Source of the DNA: Octopus bimaculoides
Lineage: Eukaryota
Assembly: GCF_001194135.2 (NCBI RefSeq)
Contig: NC_068994.1
Span: forward strand, 253,914-317,913
Reading direction: 5' to 3'
DNA: 64,000 nt
Made by a program: the position numbers and the translations under genes. A model generated the notes under the pieces. The model ran no database searches, was not told the origin of the DNA, and saw only the letters and a program-made list of their open reading frames with translations. Positions 51,076 through 64,000 of the stretch are shown piece by piece; position 1 is the first letter of the stretch; each line of letters opens with the position of its first letter.

Positions 51076-53047
51076 TGGGAAGGAGATAATAAAGATAGGA
51101 AGTTCGCGGTTGAAACTTCTTAAACTATTATAAAGACGAGCGGGACCCGTGAATATTTCCCGGAATTAATGGTGAGCCTGTCGGGTTGTTTCTGGAAAAC
51201 TATGCAAAATACCTGAAAGCCTATCTTCCTGTGTTGCGTGTGGATGGAAAGAGAGTCGCTCATCTGCTACTCATTGAAAAGTGAAGGAAATTGGAATACG
51301 ATGATTACTTAATGCACTTTATATATACACTTTATATACTTTATGCACAATTTTATAGACTTAATACACAGCACTCACACAATAAATAGGTACATAGGTT
51401 CTACTCATCTGTGCATCCAGTGATACCACACACACACACGCACACACACACACACACACACTATTCATAGGAAACTGTTAGGCTTTGTACTCGATAACCT
51501 CGATTCAACAAACTGAATCTCCTTTTTCGAAGATCTTGTGAAATGTTGGTTTTGGTGCCAGACGTCCCAGTTTCGACCCAAGAGAGGGGGAGACGGAGGG
51601 AGATAATTAGGTGGAGTCAATGTAAAATTGTTAAGGTTCGTCATACAGTGATAGATGGGTTATCACTTCTGTGTAGAACCTTCTTCCCCTTCCACTCGCC
51701 ACCTGTCTGTTAAGGTGTGCAGACAACAGTCTGCTGGTGGCGGTGGGGTTCTTATGAAACGCTGAATGGACTAATTGTAAAAATAGAACAAAATACTACG
51801 CAGTCGTAGCAGTTGCGAAGGAAAAGAGAGGTGTGTGGTGTGTACGGTTGGCTGGTTCACAGATCACATGATTGATGAGGTAACTAGCGGCTGAGTGGAC
51901 TAAAAAAGATACAGTGGCGCCACATACCGGCTGCGTAAGATGAGAGACTTCCATCATCGTCTATCATAGAATTCATTTGCCCTCCTCCACCCCTTTCGAA
52001 ACACCACCGCCACCATGTTATTGTTACGAAAAGTCAGGATATATCTGACTGAAGATAACCTAAGGTCAAACCTGTTCGAAGACGCCATGTTGTGCTTTGA
52101 GGGAGATTTGGTCGTTATTACTAACAGATCAAACAACCTCTCATAGACGTACTCACACTGGCTCTCACTCGCCTTTTATCCTTTTCCAACTCTCATTCTG
52201 GGCTGTAAATATTTAATGTCAGGAACATTCGAGTTTTGCAATACTACAAGACTTGTCTGACACCCTTCACATAAAGTCCCACCTCCTCCTCCTCCTCCTC
52301 TTGCTTAGTATGCACCTCATGATAGGGGTCTTCCCTCCGTATTTACGGTCGGTTTCACATATGTAAAACAGCGTATTGCAAAATTTTAATCTACTGGAAT
52401 TATCTAAGTAATCAGCTAACAAAAACTCCCTCTTAGGACATTTAAAATGTAATAACAGGGAAAGGAGCTAATTCGAAGAAGTTTAGTCGCTAAAAATAGT
52501 AAGGCAATTTCTGCAATGTAGAGGATCAGCTGAACAACCTCGTGACTGGCACGAACTGAATAGATTTGGGGATCAGTCTTTTTTTTATCACCCACGCGGG
52601 CCAACATGGAGGGGACAATACAACATGCTCGGGATCACATACAAACGGATGATATAATCAAATTTTACGTGTATAATGAAATCGAATGAATTACAACACA
52701 GTAAATTACAAACAATAAATTACAAGATGAGGTGTTCAAAGCAGGTATGCTCCGACCCCACGGCCTGTATGTTCTCTATGTGGCCTGTGTGTTTTTTGTA
52801 CCTTGTTTATCATTTTGTCCATGTTTTTTTGCAACGACATGTACCTAGATATGCATCTATATATAGATGTAGATGAAGGTATGTACATATATGTACATAT
52901 ATATGCATATACTCATATATGATTTATATANNNNNNNNNNNNNNNNNNNNNNNNNNNNNNNNNNNNNNNNNNNNNNNNNNNNNNNNNNNNNNNNNNNNNN
53001 NNNNNNNNNNNNNNNNNNNNNNNNNNNNNNNNNNNNNNNNNNNNNNN

Positions 53048-53080
<33 letters not shown>

Positions 53081-54157
53081 TACACACAAATGCACACGCG
53101 GTGACATATATTGATGTTTATGCTTATGTGTAGTCATATATAAAAATAGTGAAACGTTAATTCAAGAATCATTCAACATATATAAGTGTTTCGCATTATT
53201 TTAAGAAAGAACCGTTAGCAGGGACTTCGAAGTTCAATTCAATTGCCTTCTCTATCGTCTTTGATAATCCTGATAAAGTGTGTCATCTCTCGTTTGCTGT
53301 CATTTCTTGAAATTCAGAAGACAATAAGCTCTGTTTTTTCGCCTTACTAAAATTTGCCTCGGTTGTTTTAACCAGATACTACATCCTTGACATTAACATA
53401 TTCCCCCCACCAACTACACTAATATATCCACCACTCCATCCAATGCACAAAACACGAGTCACTGAGACTCGTGTTTAGTGTTTATCTTTTGCACTACAAG
53501 TGATCCTCTTCAGTTGATTAGAAATAATATCGATCAAATGTGTACTACCCCTCCTCTAGAGTGTCTCACAACAATAATTTCTGATTGAGACATCAACGAT
53601 TTTCTTGTAGCTACTCCGACTACACGAACGGTGATACTCTTTAATATTTTTTTCAGTTTTCAAATTTTCTAAAGGACACTTGATATACTCCCTGGAGAGT
53701 AGACGGCCATACACACAAACACACTGTAAGCGTGTGTATATAAGAAAGAAAGAAAAACTCCTATAGAAAATGATGAGATGGGAGTCTAAATGTAAAAAGA
53801 ATTATAAGAAAAGCAGAAAAGGTAGGAAAGGGAGGTTGCGTCTATTGATGTCGGCAATTAAGGTCCGCCCGACAAATAAGGTTATTCAATTTGACATCAG
53901 GGTATGTTAAAAGAGGAGACTAGGAATAAATTGCCTTTAGTGAAGATTGATTCAGTAGGAGTGCTCAAGTTGCCGCCATTGGACGAGCAGACGACACAGC
54001 ATTAGGAAACCGTGTTGTATCTAACGAGTTGAATGTTAACAACAGGGCAAAGAAGGTGGCAGCGATATTTGTCGATGATTATAGAAAACTAATAAGAAAA
54101 TAATATTCCTTCAACACATTTTGTCAAAACACCTGTGGTTAATAGTCTACTCACTTG

Positions 54158-54236
<79 letters not shown>

Positions 54237-54613
54237 NNNNNNNNNNATATGTATGTATGTATGTATGCACCTGTTTACAATCAAATACGAATGGGTATGT
54301 GTGTGTGTGTGTGAATTTATGTATACCAATACATATGCATATATATATATAAGTATATATGTATGTATTGTGTATGTACGTGTGTGTGTACACCTTTCAT
54401 AGATACAAACATACATGTGTCCGTAAAATACACAAGGGTATATACACAACTATCACATATGTGTACTTATATAAACAGTTACAGTGTGTATACAGCATCG
54501 ATGGTTTGAGAGTCGGTTAATGGAACCAAATATCTAAGATGAATAGCTGAGACACATTTCCTATGGAGAACCGTAGGTGTTGTCCAAGTATCGTCTCCAT
54601 ATCAGTCTATACA

Positions 54614-54664
<51 letters not shown>

Positions 54665-55150
54665 TAAATATGTTCTGGAATCTAGTGTATCGAATATCAG
54701 CTGCTGTCCTTCTAGAACTTTTTAGTGAAATAGTCCACCGTGACATCCATTCTCAGCAGTGGAATACTGATAAGGTAACACATGCAGATGATATCGAGTT
54801 TATATATTATAGAAGATATGTAACGATACAAAATGTATTTTATGACAGATCGATAAGGGTTAAAATTGACAGGCACAACGAGTCAAAGGTTACAATCGAC
54901 TATATGTCCCCCCCCCCAATAGTTCGTTGGTATCTATTTTATGGAACAACGAACGAAGGAAAAGTAAAGTTGACTTTCATAAGGTTGAAACCAGAAAGTA
55001 ATGAGATGTAACAAAATATCATACATCATTTCAGCTGATGCTCCACTGATTCTGCCAGTTCAACCTCATTCAATGCTAACACTGTCTTCATTACTCGAAT
55101 CTCATCCCTATCGCCTTCAAGTCGACCGCAGCATCAATTATAACCAATGA

Positions 55151-55350
55151 TCCCGAAAAGATGAAAGGCAAAGTCGACCTCGTTGGAATTCGAACTCAGA
55201 ATGTAAAGACGGACGAAATGCCGCTAAGCATTTCGTCCGGCCTGCTAACGATTCTGCCAGCTCGCTGCCTTATGTCTGATTGTAACATTAGTTTCAAATT
55301 TTGGCACAAGGCCAGCAATTTCTGGGGAGAGGTTAATATTTGACCAGTAC
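55151..55350 (-). mobile_element. SINE family B head and centre (55151-55270) plus the tail of another copy (about 55290-55350)
   Basis: ATGAAAGGCAAAGTCGACCTC...GAACTCAGAA...TTCTGCCAGCTCGCTGCCT, then TTTCAAATTTTGGCACAAGGCCAGCAATT. Internal 11-bp hairpin GGACGAAATGC/GCATTTCGTCC. Confidence 0.85.
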
Positions 55351-55894
55351 TCGGCATCACTATTCTCTCTACACTTCGATATATTCAGATGATGCCATAA
55401 TATCTCAAATATAGCAATTGAGAGATGGAGCATCTTTTGGGTTCAGGTTGTGACAAGAAGAAGTTTGATTCGTAAATTGTGAATGAAGTTCGACGGAAAC
55501 TGTACGGAATCGTGTCAGTGGAATCATTCGTATTCTCAACTGGTAAATCTTGTTTGTTGGTTGGATCCTTAGTAGATTCCACAGATCACAGACAAACTGT
55601 ATAGACATTATTGCTAAAAATATGGCTGGTAAGGACCCAGACCTATGAGTTAGCGCTCCAAACATGACTGTAGTTACACATCGTTACACTAAATGCATTG
55701 GTTGATATGGTCAACATTTTCAGGAGCAACCAATTCCAACTTGTAATTAATAAACATTAATTAATCATTTGTCATCCATATATCAACAATACGGTAGATT
55801 TTGTTAAACTTCCAACAATCCCAGTTCTGTTTTTCACAGCTAAACTTTTAAAATCTGTCATAGACATTAGTTTGAAATATTTCTTCTGGTTTAA

Positions 55895-56037
55895 CATTCC
55901 GAGTTCAAATTCCGCCGAGGTCGACTTTGCCTGTCATCCTTTCGAGGTCGATAAAATAAGTACCAGTTGAGTACCGAAGTTGATATAATCGACTTGCCCC
56001 TTCCCTCAAATCGCTAGCCTTGAGCCAAAATTTGAAG
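55895..56037 (+). mobile_element. SINE family B, 5'-truncated
   Basis: GAGTTCAAATTCCGCCGAGGTCGACTTTGCC..CATCCTTTCGAGGTCGATAAAATAAGTACCAG...GCCAAAATTTGAA. Confidence 0.9.
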
Positions 56038-56157
56038 TCATTATTTACGCTCACCATTTATTTAATTCTATCTGAAAATCAGAATTCACCAAACAATCAA
56101 ACAGCAGATCCTCTACACTCTCACCAACGGACAGAGCAATACAGAAAGATAGCTTTA

Positions 56158-56206
<49 letters not shown>

Positions 56207-56337
56207 GGGGGGGAGATACACACACCGGTATATTTTTTTACACGCTCAATATCACACCGCACCCCCTACACAACGCACTCCCCGGAAACATTGTTAGCCG
56301 TACACCATAAACCATACAAAACAAATCCTGTCCAACT

Positions 56338-56378
<41 letters not shown>

Positions 56379-56717
56379 GCATCACACTGACAAAAGGCCA
56401 GGCCATAAACCACACACAGCGCTTTACAACGAAAACATCGAACAACGTCCACCTCCACTACCATCACTCTGAAATATTTCTGCCACATTACAAGTGTCAA
56501 CATAGCTATGATGTAGCAATGTTGTCATCTTTGTCAATGGCCCGACGACACTGCGCATGACAGCAACAAACACGTTTTACACTGATTCCTGACGCCATTA
56601 TTCAACAGTTTTCTCCAGTTTCCCGTTTCTTTTCAACAGTTCAATAGCAACAGGCCAATAGTAGCAGCTGCCTCATCATCCCAACATTTCTAGAGTCATT
56701 TATTGGTATTCTACATC

Positions 56718-56749
<32 letters not shown>

Positions 56750-56750
56750 C

Positions 56751-56792
<42 letters not shown>

Positions 56793-57174
56793 NNNNNNNN
56801 NNNNNNNNNNNNNNNNNNNNNNNNNNNNNNNNNNNNNNNNNNNNNNNNNNNNNNNNNNNNNNNNNNNNNNNNNNNNNNNNNNNNNNNNNNNNNNNNNNNN
56901 NNNNNNNNNNNNNNNNNNNNNNNNNNNNNNNNNNNNNNNNNNNNNNNNNNNNNNNNNNNNNNNNNNNNNNNNNNNNNNNNNNNNNNNNNNNNNNNNNNNN
57001 NNNNNNNNNNNNNNNNNNNNNNNNNNNNNNNNNNNNNNNNNNNNNNNNNNNNNNNNNNNNNNNNNNNNNNNNNNNNNNNNNNNNNNNNNNNNNNNNNNNN
57101 NNNNNNNNNNNNNNNNNNNNNNNNNNNNNNNNNNNNNNNNNNNNNNNNNATATAGCTTTCCTTCTTCTTCTTCT

Positions 57175-57530
57175 TCGGCAGAATTGCTAGCGCGCCGGGC
57201 AAAATGCTTAGCGGCATTTCGTCCAGCTTTACGTTCTGAGTTCAAATCCCGCCGAGGTCGACTTTGCCTTTAAACCTTTCGGGGTCGATGAAATAAGTAC
57301 CAGTTGCGTACAGGGGTCGATGTAATCGATTTAACCCCTCCCCGAAATCGCTGGCCTTGTGTCAAAATTTGAAAAGGCAGCATGCGGCTGACTTTGCCTT
57401 TCATCTTTTCGAGATCGATAAATTAAATACCAGTCGCATACTGGGTTCGATGTAATCGACTACTCCCCTCCCCCAAAATTTCAGGCTTTGTGCCTACAGC
57501 AGAAAGGATTGTTATTATTATTATTACCAG
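57175..57530 (+). mobile_element. Two tandem SINE family B copies with different tails
   Basis: 57175-57375 ends GCTGGCCTTGTGTCAAAATTTGAAA. 57385-57530 restarts at GACTTTGCCTTTCATC and ends TTTCAGGCTTTGTGCCTACAGCAGAAAGGATT(ATT)n. Confidence 0.9.
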
Positions 57531-57836
57531 CACTTAAGGATTCTCCAGGAGAATTATTACCTAAGAATTCCCCACCAGACCTAAAATGTTGGTGAGGGAC
57601 TCGTGTAAGTTACCTGACTAACGTCTATACAATTCGCGCTTAATGAAGACTGAAGGATCTTCGCTTTTATAGCTTTAGAGCCTTTCTTTCTAGCATTTCT
57701 AAAGCGAAACGCTCCAACCTACACCCCACACCACACACATACACCTATGAATATATGCACATATATATAATATGTGTATGTGTGTGAGTGCGTGTGTGGA
57801 TATACATTCACACAAACAATATATGTAAATATATTA

Positions 57837-57876
<40 letters not shown>

Positions 57877-58039
57877 CAGAAGAAATCGATAATCTGATGG
57901 GAAAAAATAGCCAAGTAAGAAAGAGAACTAAACAGAAATATTTGTCAGGAAGCAATTCCTTACACTAACACCACCACTACTACTACTACTACTACCCTCC
58001 TACTTTTTCTCTAGTTTCTTGGATACCATGTACATATAC

Positions 58040-58107
<68 letters not shown>

Positions 58108-58647
58108 NNNNNNNNNNNNNNNNNNNNNNNNNNNNNNNNNNNNNNNNNNNNNNNNNNNNNNNNNNNNNNNNNNNNNNNNNNNNNNNNNNNNNNNNNNNNN
58201 NNNNNNNNNNNNNNNNNNNNNNNNNNNNNNNNNNNNNNNNNNNNNNNNNNNNNNNNNNNNNNNNNNNNNNNNNNNNNNNNNNNNNNNNNNNNNNNNNNNN
58301 NNNNNNNNNNNNNNNNNNNNNNNNNNNNNNNNNNNNNNNNNNNNNNNNNNNNNNNNNNNNNNNNNNNNNNNNNNNNNNNNNNNNNNNNNNNNNNNNNNNN
58401 NNNNNNNNNNNNNNNNNNNNNNNNNNNNNNNNNNNNNNNNNNNNNNNNNNNNNNNNNNNNNNNNNNNNNNNNNNNNNNNNNNNNNNNNNNNNNNNNNNNN
58501 NNNNNNNNNNNNNNNNNNNNNNNNNNNNNNNNNNNNNNNNNNNNNNNNNNNNNNNNNNNNNNNNNNNNNCATGCATCCACGCATACACATAAACGCGCGC
58601 TCACACAAGAGTGCATTTACACACAGTCACACATACAAGCATCTGTT

Positions 58648-58683
<36 letters not shown>

Positions 58684-58825
58684 TTAAACGCCCTTTATCC
58701 ATCTCTCACCATCTTTTATTGAAATATATCTTTACTTCCACACCTTCCTTATAACCTCTCCTCCTCTTTGTGCGCGCGCGCGTGTGTGTGCATGTTGCTG
58801 TCAGTGTGTGTCTGTATTTGTGTGT

Positions 58826-58863
<38 letters not shown>

Positions 58864-59149
58864 GATTTATTCCACCATGTTTATCCAGCCATCAATTTTT
58901 TTATTGAAATATGGCGACCTCTTGCCAAACTGGGTCTTCCTCTTCGTATTTACCTTAGTTTATATACATGCGCGCGCGTGTGTGTGTGTGTGTGTGTGTG
59001 TTAATGAGTGCACGTGTGCTAATGTGCGTTACGTGAGTGTGAATGCGTGTTATTAATGTGTGTGTATGTGTATTAATGTGTGATTGTGCTAATGTGCATA
59101 GTTACATGCATGTATGAGTGTGCGAGTGGTAAACCGCTACAAGTTCTCA

Positions 59150-59240
59150 GATTAGAGAAAAAGAAGGAATGGTCACGGCTGGAGCCGCGACTTGGTCCTA
59201 TGTGCTCAAGATCAGGTTTCGGCTGGAGATAAACAACAAT
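59150..59240 (+). mobile_element. SINE-like family C tail fragment
   Basis: GGAATGGTCACGGCTGGAG...GATCAGG...AAACAACAAT. Confidence 0.5.
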
Positions 59241-60079
59241 AGTTCCTGAATAATCTATCTGCCATACGGTATCTTATTATTTTACATCACAGTAGAGGGG
59301 ATCGTTTGTGGAATTCGGGAGGAACAGTCATCGCAAGGGTTCGACAGAACCTACACACACACACACATACAGACGCGTGTGTGTGTGGTTATAAAGTAGA
59401 GTTGCTACTCGCGAACGAGTATGCTACCATTGCTTGTGCCTCGCTTTCACTAATTGCTTTTTGAGAGAGTGGGAGAATGTTTGTGACAGAGCTGCACGAG
59501 CACAAGGAGGCTACTAATTACGACTGATTAGACAGGGGCAGCGTGGAATAAAGTGCCTTGATTAAAAAACACACCACACCATCTGGGACCGAACACACGA
59601 TTTTATGACAATGAACTGAAAATTGTAACCGCATGGCCACAAGCCTTCACACACACAGACACATGTAGAGAGAGGGGAGGGGGTTAGAAACTTTGATGAT
59701 ACAAACCGAAGAAATAAAAGTCAATAAGCAAAATCAGAACAAAAATATTTGTTTTTAATTCCTTTAGCCGTAAAGTTATAGAAGTGATGCAAGGACCGGA
59801 AGTTTCGTACATTGAGCATGACAAACGTTTCCTAAGCGCCACGCACGAAACTTCTGACTCTTGAGTCACTTATATAGCTCTATATACATGCGCGCCTGTC
59901 GGGATGGGCAGTAAAATCCTTTTCGATAGAAGTATCACCTGGAGAAATACTGAGTTAGTGTCAGGTCTTGCTATCAGATTGTAATATCGTTGAAAGATAG
60001 AGTCTTGTATCCGTTTAAAACAGGTGTTTATCATTTGATATATTTATATCTATTTCCTATACAGCTACTTTAAATAATA

Positions 60080-60129
<50 letters not shown>

Positions 60130-60477
60130 GTCCGTTGTTTGAAGGAAAATATAATTTATCTCTTGGCTGATATTTCCTGAATGGTGTCGCTGTTTTATTT
60201 GAAATATTTGAAATGTGTGAATTACTATATTATATTTAGCAATAGATTGTGTCGAGATATATAGGTTCTAATCGATATACATACACAAATATATATGCTC
60301 TTATACACATACATGTATACTCAATATATCTATATATATACAACACACAGTTGAAATTGTTTTTATGTGTTTAGAAACAACGAATATACCACAGAACTAG
60401 TGGAACTTCGAAGTCAGTCAGTAGTGTGTCTGTGTATGTCTGTGTGTGCGCGCGCGAGTGCATGTGTGCGTGTGTGT

Positions 60478-60790
60478 GCTGGTGTGTTTTCGCCCTTGTA
60501 GCTTAGCGGTTCGGCAAAAGGGACCGATAGGATAAGTAAAAGAAAAAATGAAAATGCTCATCCTGTTTCTTGTGTATACTTTGTTGCTAAATTAAGTTGC
60601 ACGCATATATAATAATACGGTCTCTTTTGCCGAACCGCTAATAATAATAATACGACGGGTCTCTTTCAGTTTCCGTCATCCAAATCCACTCACAAAAGCT
60701 TCGGTGGGCTCGAGGCTGTAGTAGAAGACACTTGCCCAAGATGCCAAGCAATGGAACTGAACCCGGGACCATGTTGTTGGGAATAAATTT
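60478..60790. mobile_element. Two inverted SINE family A fragments (+ 60478-60538; - 60617-60790)
   Basis: TAGCGGTTCGGCAAAAGGGACCG and its reverse complement CGGTCTCTTTTGCCGAACCGCTA. The minus copy carries the CTTGCCCAAG/GAACCCGGGACCATG head. Confidence 0.85.
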
Positions 60791-62034
60791 TTCTAAAGAA
60801 ATCATTTGAAAAAGTCAAAATTTCCATGAACTGGAGAGAACCGTCACAGTTTGATTCGAAAAGTTCTGCAGAGTGTCGACTCCTGATAGAAAGCATCGAA
60901 GAGAAAGTTTGTGTAAGTTTATAAGGATGAGAAGTGAAATGATTAATAGACATAACTCCAGCACCAAGACCACAACAGACATGATAAACAAAACGGAAAT
61001 ATTCTAGTTTCTTCTCACCCGGAGTGAATAAAGACACGATAAATGAGGCAGGAGGAACGAAATTCTTCAAAAATGTCCAAATCTCGAAACACCGGATCTA
61101 AATGTTGTAATAGGATATTGGTGCAAATATCTCAGTTACTTTGGCAGTGATTTAAGATCAGTTGATGGAAACAGCTTGACAAGCACAATTTATCTTTGCC
61201 CTAAATACTTCCAACTGTTGGCATTTTTCTCATTCCACAAACTGTCCAAACTACCCAGGCTAAATTTTACCGCCAAATTCCTGCTAGCGCCACTCCAAGT
61301 TCATTTAAGGTAATTGTAACTAAAAAAAAAAAAAAATGTAGAATCTCTTTGCCTTCAAAACCAAATCTGATGCCGGATTTTCCCTGCTACTACAAGAACA
61401 GATCGATTTCAATCAGCATTCAGAAAGGGTTGATCACGCAGAGAACTAATCTTCACATGACAGTCACGTGAGAAAAGGATTACGAAATAAGATAGAGTAA
61501 GGAGGAGCTAATTTAAAAAGCAGTAAAAATATGAAACTAGCTGCCTCTTATCTTTGATAAAACCAAACTAGTGTCAGGGAGGGCAGCTGATTTGTAAAAG
61601 GTAACCAGAATAAGACCGGATATCGCTACCACCATTTACAGCATCGTGTCGGCTATTTAGCAGTAATAATTATGATTGTGGTGAAGAAAACAAACAGAAA
61701 ATTAATGTAAAAATCTCTATTAAATAGCATGAAACGCTGCAATGACAGGGAGAGATGAGTCAGCAAATTGTGCAAGTTTCGCGGATCAATGAGGCGTCAT
61801 AATTGTAAGTTGAACAGAATGTTGTGAGGCGGAACCAGTACATGTTCTGTAGAGAGATGGGGGGTGGAGAGGGCGGAGAAGAGGGTAAGGGTAAAGAGAG
61901 AAAGGGGTAGAAAATGGAGAGACGGGGAGAGGATAGAGAAACTGAAAACAGACGGAGTGGGGGGAGTGGGAGAGAGAAAAAAGGAGGGAAAGAGAATATG
62001 TAAAGGTATGTAAGGGTATAGTGTGTGTCTGGAT

Positions 62035-62105
<71 letters not shown>

Positions 62106-63175
62106 GATATACATTTATATATATATATATATGTCTATATATGGGTGTCTGAAAGTGCGTGTGCGCGCGTGTGTATGATGAAGTGTGAGGTAGGAAGAGA
62201 GAAAAATCTCTGGAATAATTTTGTGGCTGATTTCAGTTAATTTCTCTGCCAAGAACTTTCTGGAATCACATTACAAAGTATGGGGAGTGGGTGGAGTGAT
62301 GGATAGTATTGAAGGGGAAGAAGAGAGAGAGAATGGAGGAAGGATGTAGGAAAGAGAGAGGGTGAAAGAGAAAAGACAAAAGAGAAAGGGAGGGATGAGA
62401 GAGAAAGCGAGGATGCGTTGGAGGAAGAGAAACTTTTACGGAATATAGAAGTGAATAATAAGGGAGGAGTAGTTAAAGTGATAAATGGAGGAAGGATGAT
62501 GTGAGATATTGAGGGAGGAGGAGGGAGGAGGGAGGAGGGAGGATGAGGAGNNNNNNNNNNNNNNNNNNNNNNNNNNNNNNNNNNNNNNNNNNNNNNNNNN
62601 NNNNNNNNNNNNNNNNNNNNNNNNNNNNNAAGTAAATAGTCGTTGTGTAGTTGATGGGAAACGAACCTCAGCAAATTGAAACAGATTTGATATTATGGAG
62701 AGGGAGGGAGGGAGGGAGAAAAGGACAAGGGCCATAGCCGTCGGCTGGTTTGAATCAAAGAGAAACAAGGCGGAGACACTTAGAACCAGAGCAGGGACCA
62801 AGGGAGGGAAAGAATATGTTTTAAGGACAAGAAACAACCATCATAAGGAAAGGGAGAAGCGAGAGAGAGGATTGATGAAGGGGAGCAGAGACCGTTGAAG
62901 CCAGAGAGAGAGTGGACAGAGTGCATAGGCGGCTGAGGGAAGGTCCTCGCTCTTACACAGATGGCTTTCTCTCAGACGTGCATTGGGGGAGTGTACGTGT
63001 ATGTACGTGTGTGTGTGTGTGTAAATTTCAGGAGGATAAAAATCCCCATGTATGTAATCAATCCCCTTGATGTTGCGATTCACTGAGCTGAGGGGAATCT
63101 GTTGAAGGATGAAGTACTTTCTGATTGTGGAGTTATTCAATCGTTCTGGTATTGTCTACATACATACACACTCAT

Positions 63176-63212
<37 letters not shown>

Positions 63213-63385
63213 CATCCCAGTTGCCTAAAATATAAATGGATACAGTGATACTCCCAAAATCAATATGGTCATTGAATATTGATTTATGTTGTATCAATGT
63301 CTCGATATATTTTTGTGTCACTCGGCTATACTAACTGCGATCACTTCTCTCATAGCTAACGCAGGAGTGTATATACTCAGGGGAG

Positions 63386-63393
63386 TATATACA

Positions 63394-63425
<32 letters not shown>

Positions 63426-63455
63426 CATACATACATACATATACATACATACATA

Positions 63456-63487
<32 letters not shown>

Positions 63488-63550
63488 CATACATATACAT
63501 ACATACATACATACATATACATACATACATATACATACATACATATACAT

Positions 63551-63583
<33 letters not shown>

Positions 63584-63585
63584 TA
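63386..63585. repeat. (ATAC)n/(ATATAC)n compound microsatellite
   Basis: Visible in the sequence; lies upstream of a SINE A 3' half. Confidence 0.95.
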
Positions 63586-63641
63586 TGCGTGTGTGTGTAT
63601 ATATAGACACACGCACACACACATGTGTATATGTTGTGTGT

Positions 63642-63750
63642 GTGTTTGCCCCCCCCCCTCCAATATCGCTTGACAATCGATGTTGGTGTGTTTACGTCCT
63701 CGTAACTAAGCGGTTCGGCAAAAGAGACTGATAGAATAAGTCCTAAGCTA
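63642..63750 (+). mobile_element. SINE family A, 3' half
   Basis: ATCGCTTGACAATCGATGTTGGTGTGTTTACGTCC..GCGGTTCGGCAAAAGAGACTGATAGAATAAGT. Confidence 0.85.
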
Positions 63751-64000
63751 CCACCACCACCACCACCACCAATTGCAAACGAAATCCATTTAAATTCCAT
63801 CAGATTTTCAATGTTTTATTGAGAATGGGAGATAACGATTGGTAGAGAGTGGGAGGAAAGGAGCGTGAGGAATGGTGAGAGTAGAAGAGATAGTGTAGGA
63901 GAGGTGGAAGTTGAGGAACGGGATGAGTGGAAATAGAGAAACATAGAGGTCGGAGGAGGAGAGAGGAAAGGTGGAAAGAGGTCAGAGTTAGTGGGGGGGG

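Noticed and set aside
51150-51285. Protein-like 43-codon frame IFPGINGEPVGLFLENYAKYLKAYLPVLRVDGKRVAHLLLIEK
   Set aside because: No recognisable homology, no start codon and no bounding splice sites.
53450-53476. Perfect 11-bp hairpin AAACACGAGTC/GACTCGTGTTT
   Set aside because: One such stem is plausible by chance in this much sequence, and there is no Helitron CTRR end or other context.
57648-57715. Hammerhead-like CTGAAGG...CGAAAC
   Set aside because: A9 is missing and the GAA is sequestered in the stem, so the topology does not fit.

Overview
AT-rich, microsatellite-dense animal genomic DNA from a gapped draft assembly, with about 22 N-runs, nearly all next to simple repeats. The repeat families look like those I recall from octopus/cephalopod genomes; that assignment is inference. 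I could not support any host protein-coding gene, tRNA, rRNA or CRISPR array, so the window is probably a large intron or intergenic DNA. Almost all ORFs in the track are translations of microsatellites or N-runs. The recognisable coding sequence consists of broken retrotransposons: two RTE/BovB-like, three R4/Dong-like (restriction-like endonuclease), one CR1, one Tx1/L1-like and probable Penelope-like remnants. Around them are many copies of at least three SINE-like families and a Helitron-type non-autonomous element. The most interesting signals are RNA-structural. Two type I hammerhead ribozyme motifs have intact cores and a palindromic stem III (8596-8678 +, 23423-23517 -). A third hammerhead-like motif has a mutated core (25475-25537 -). 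There is also an 82-bp fold-back SINE duplication (29424-29632) and an 81-bp TTAA-flanked hairpin element (23551-23631). Hammerheads in Penelope-like elements are a known phenomenon, so I do not claim a new system, but these motifs can be tested directly.
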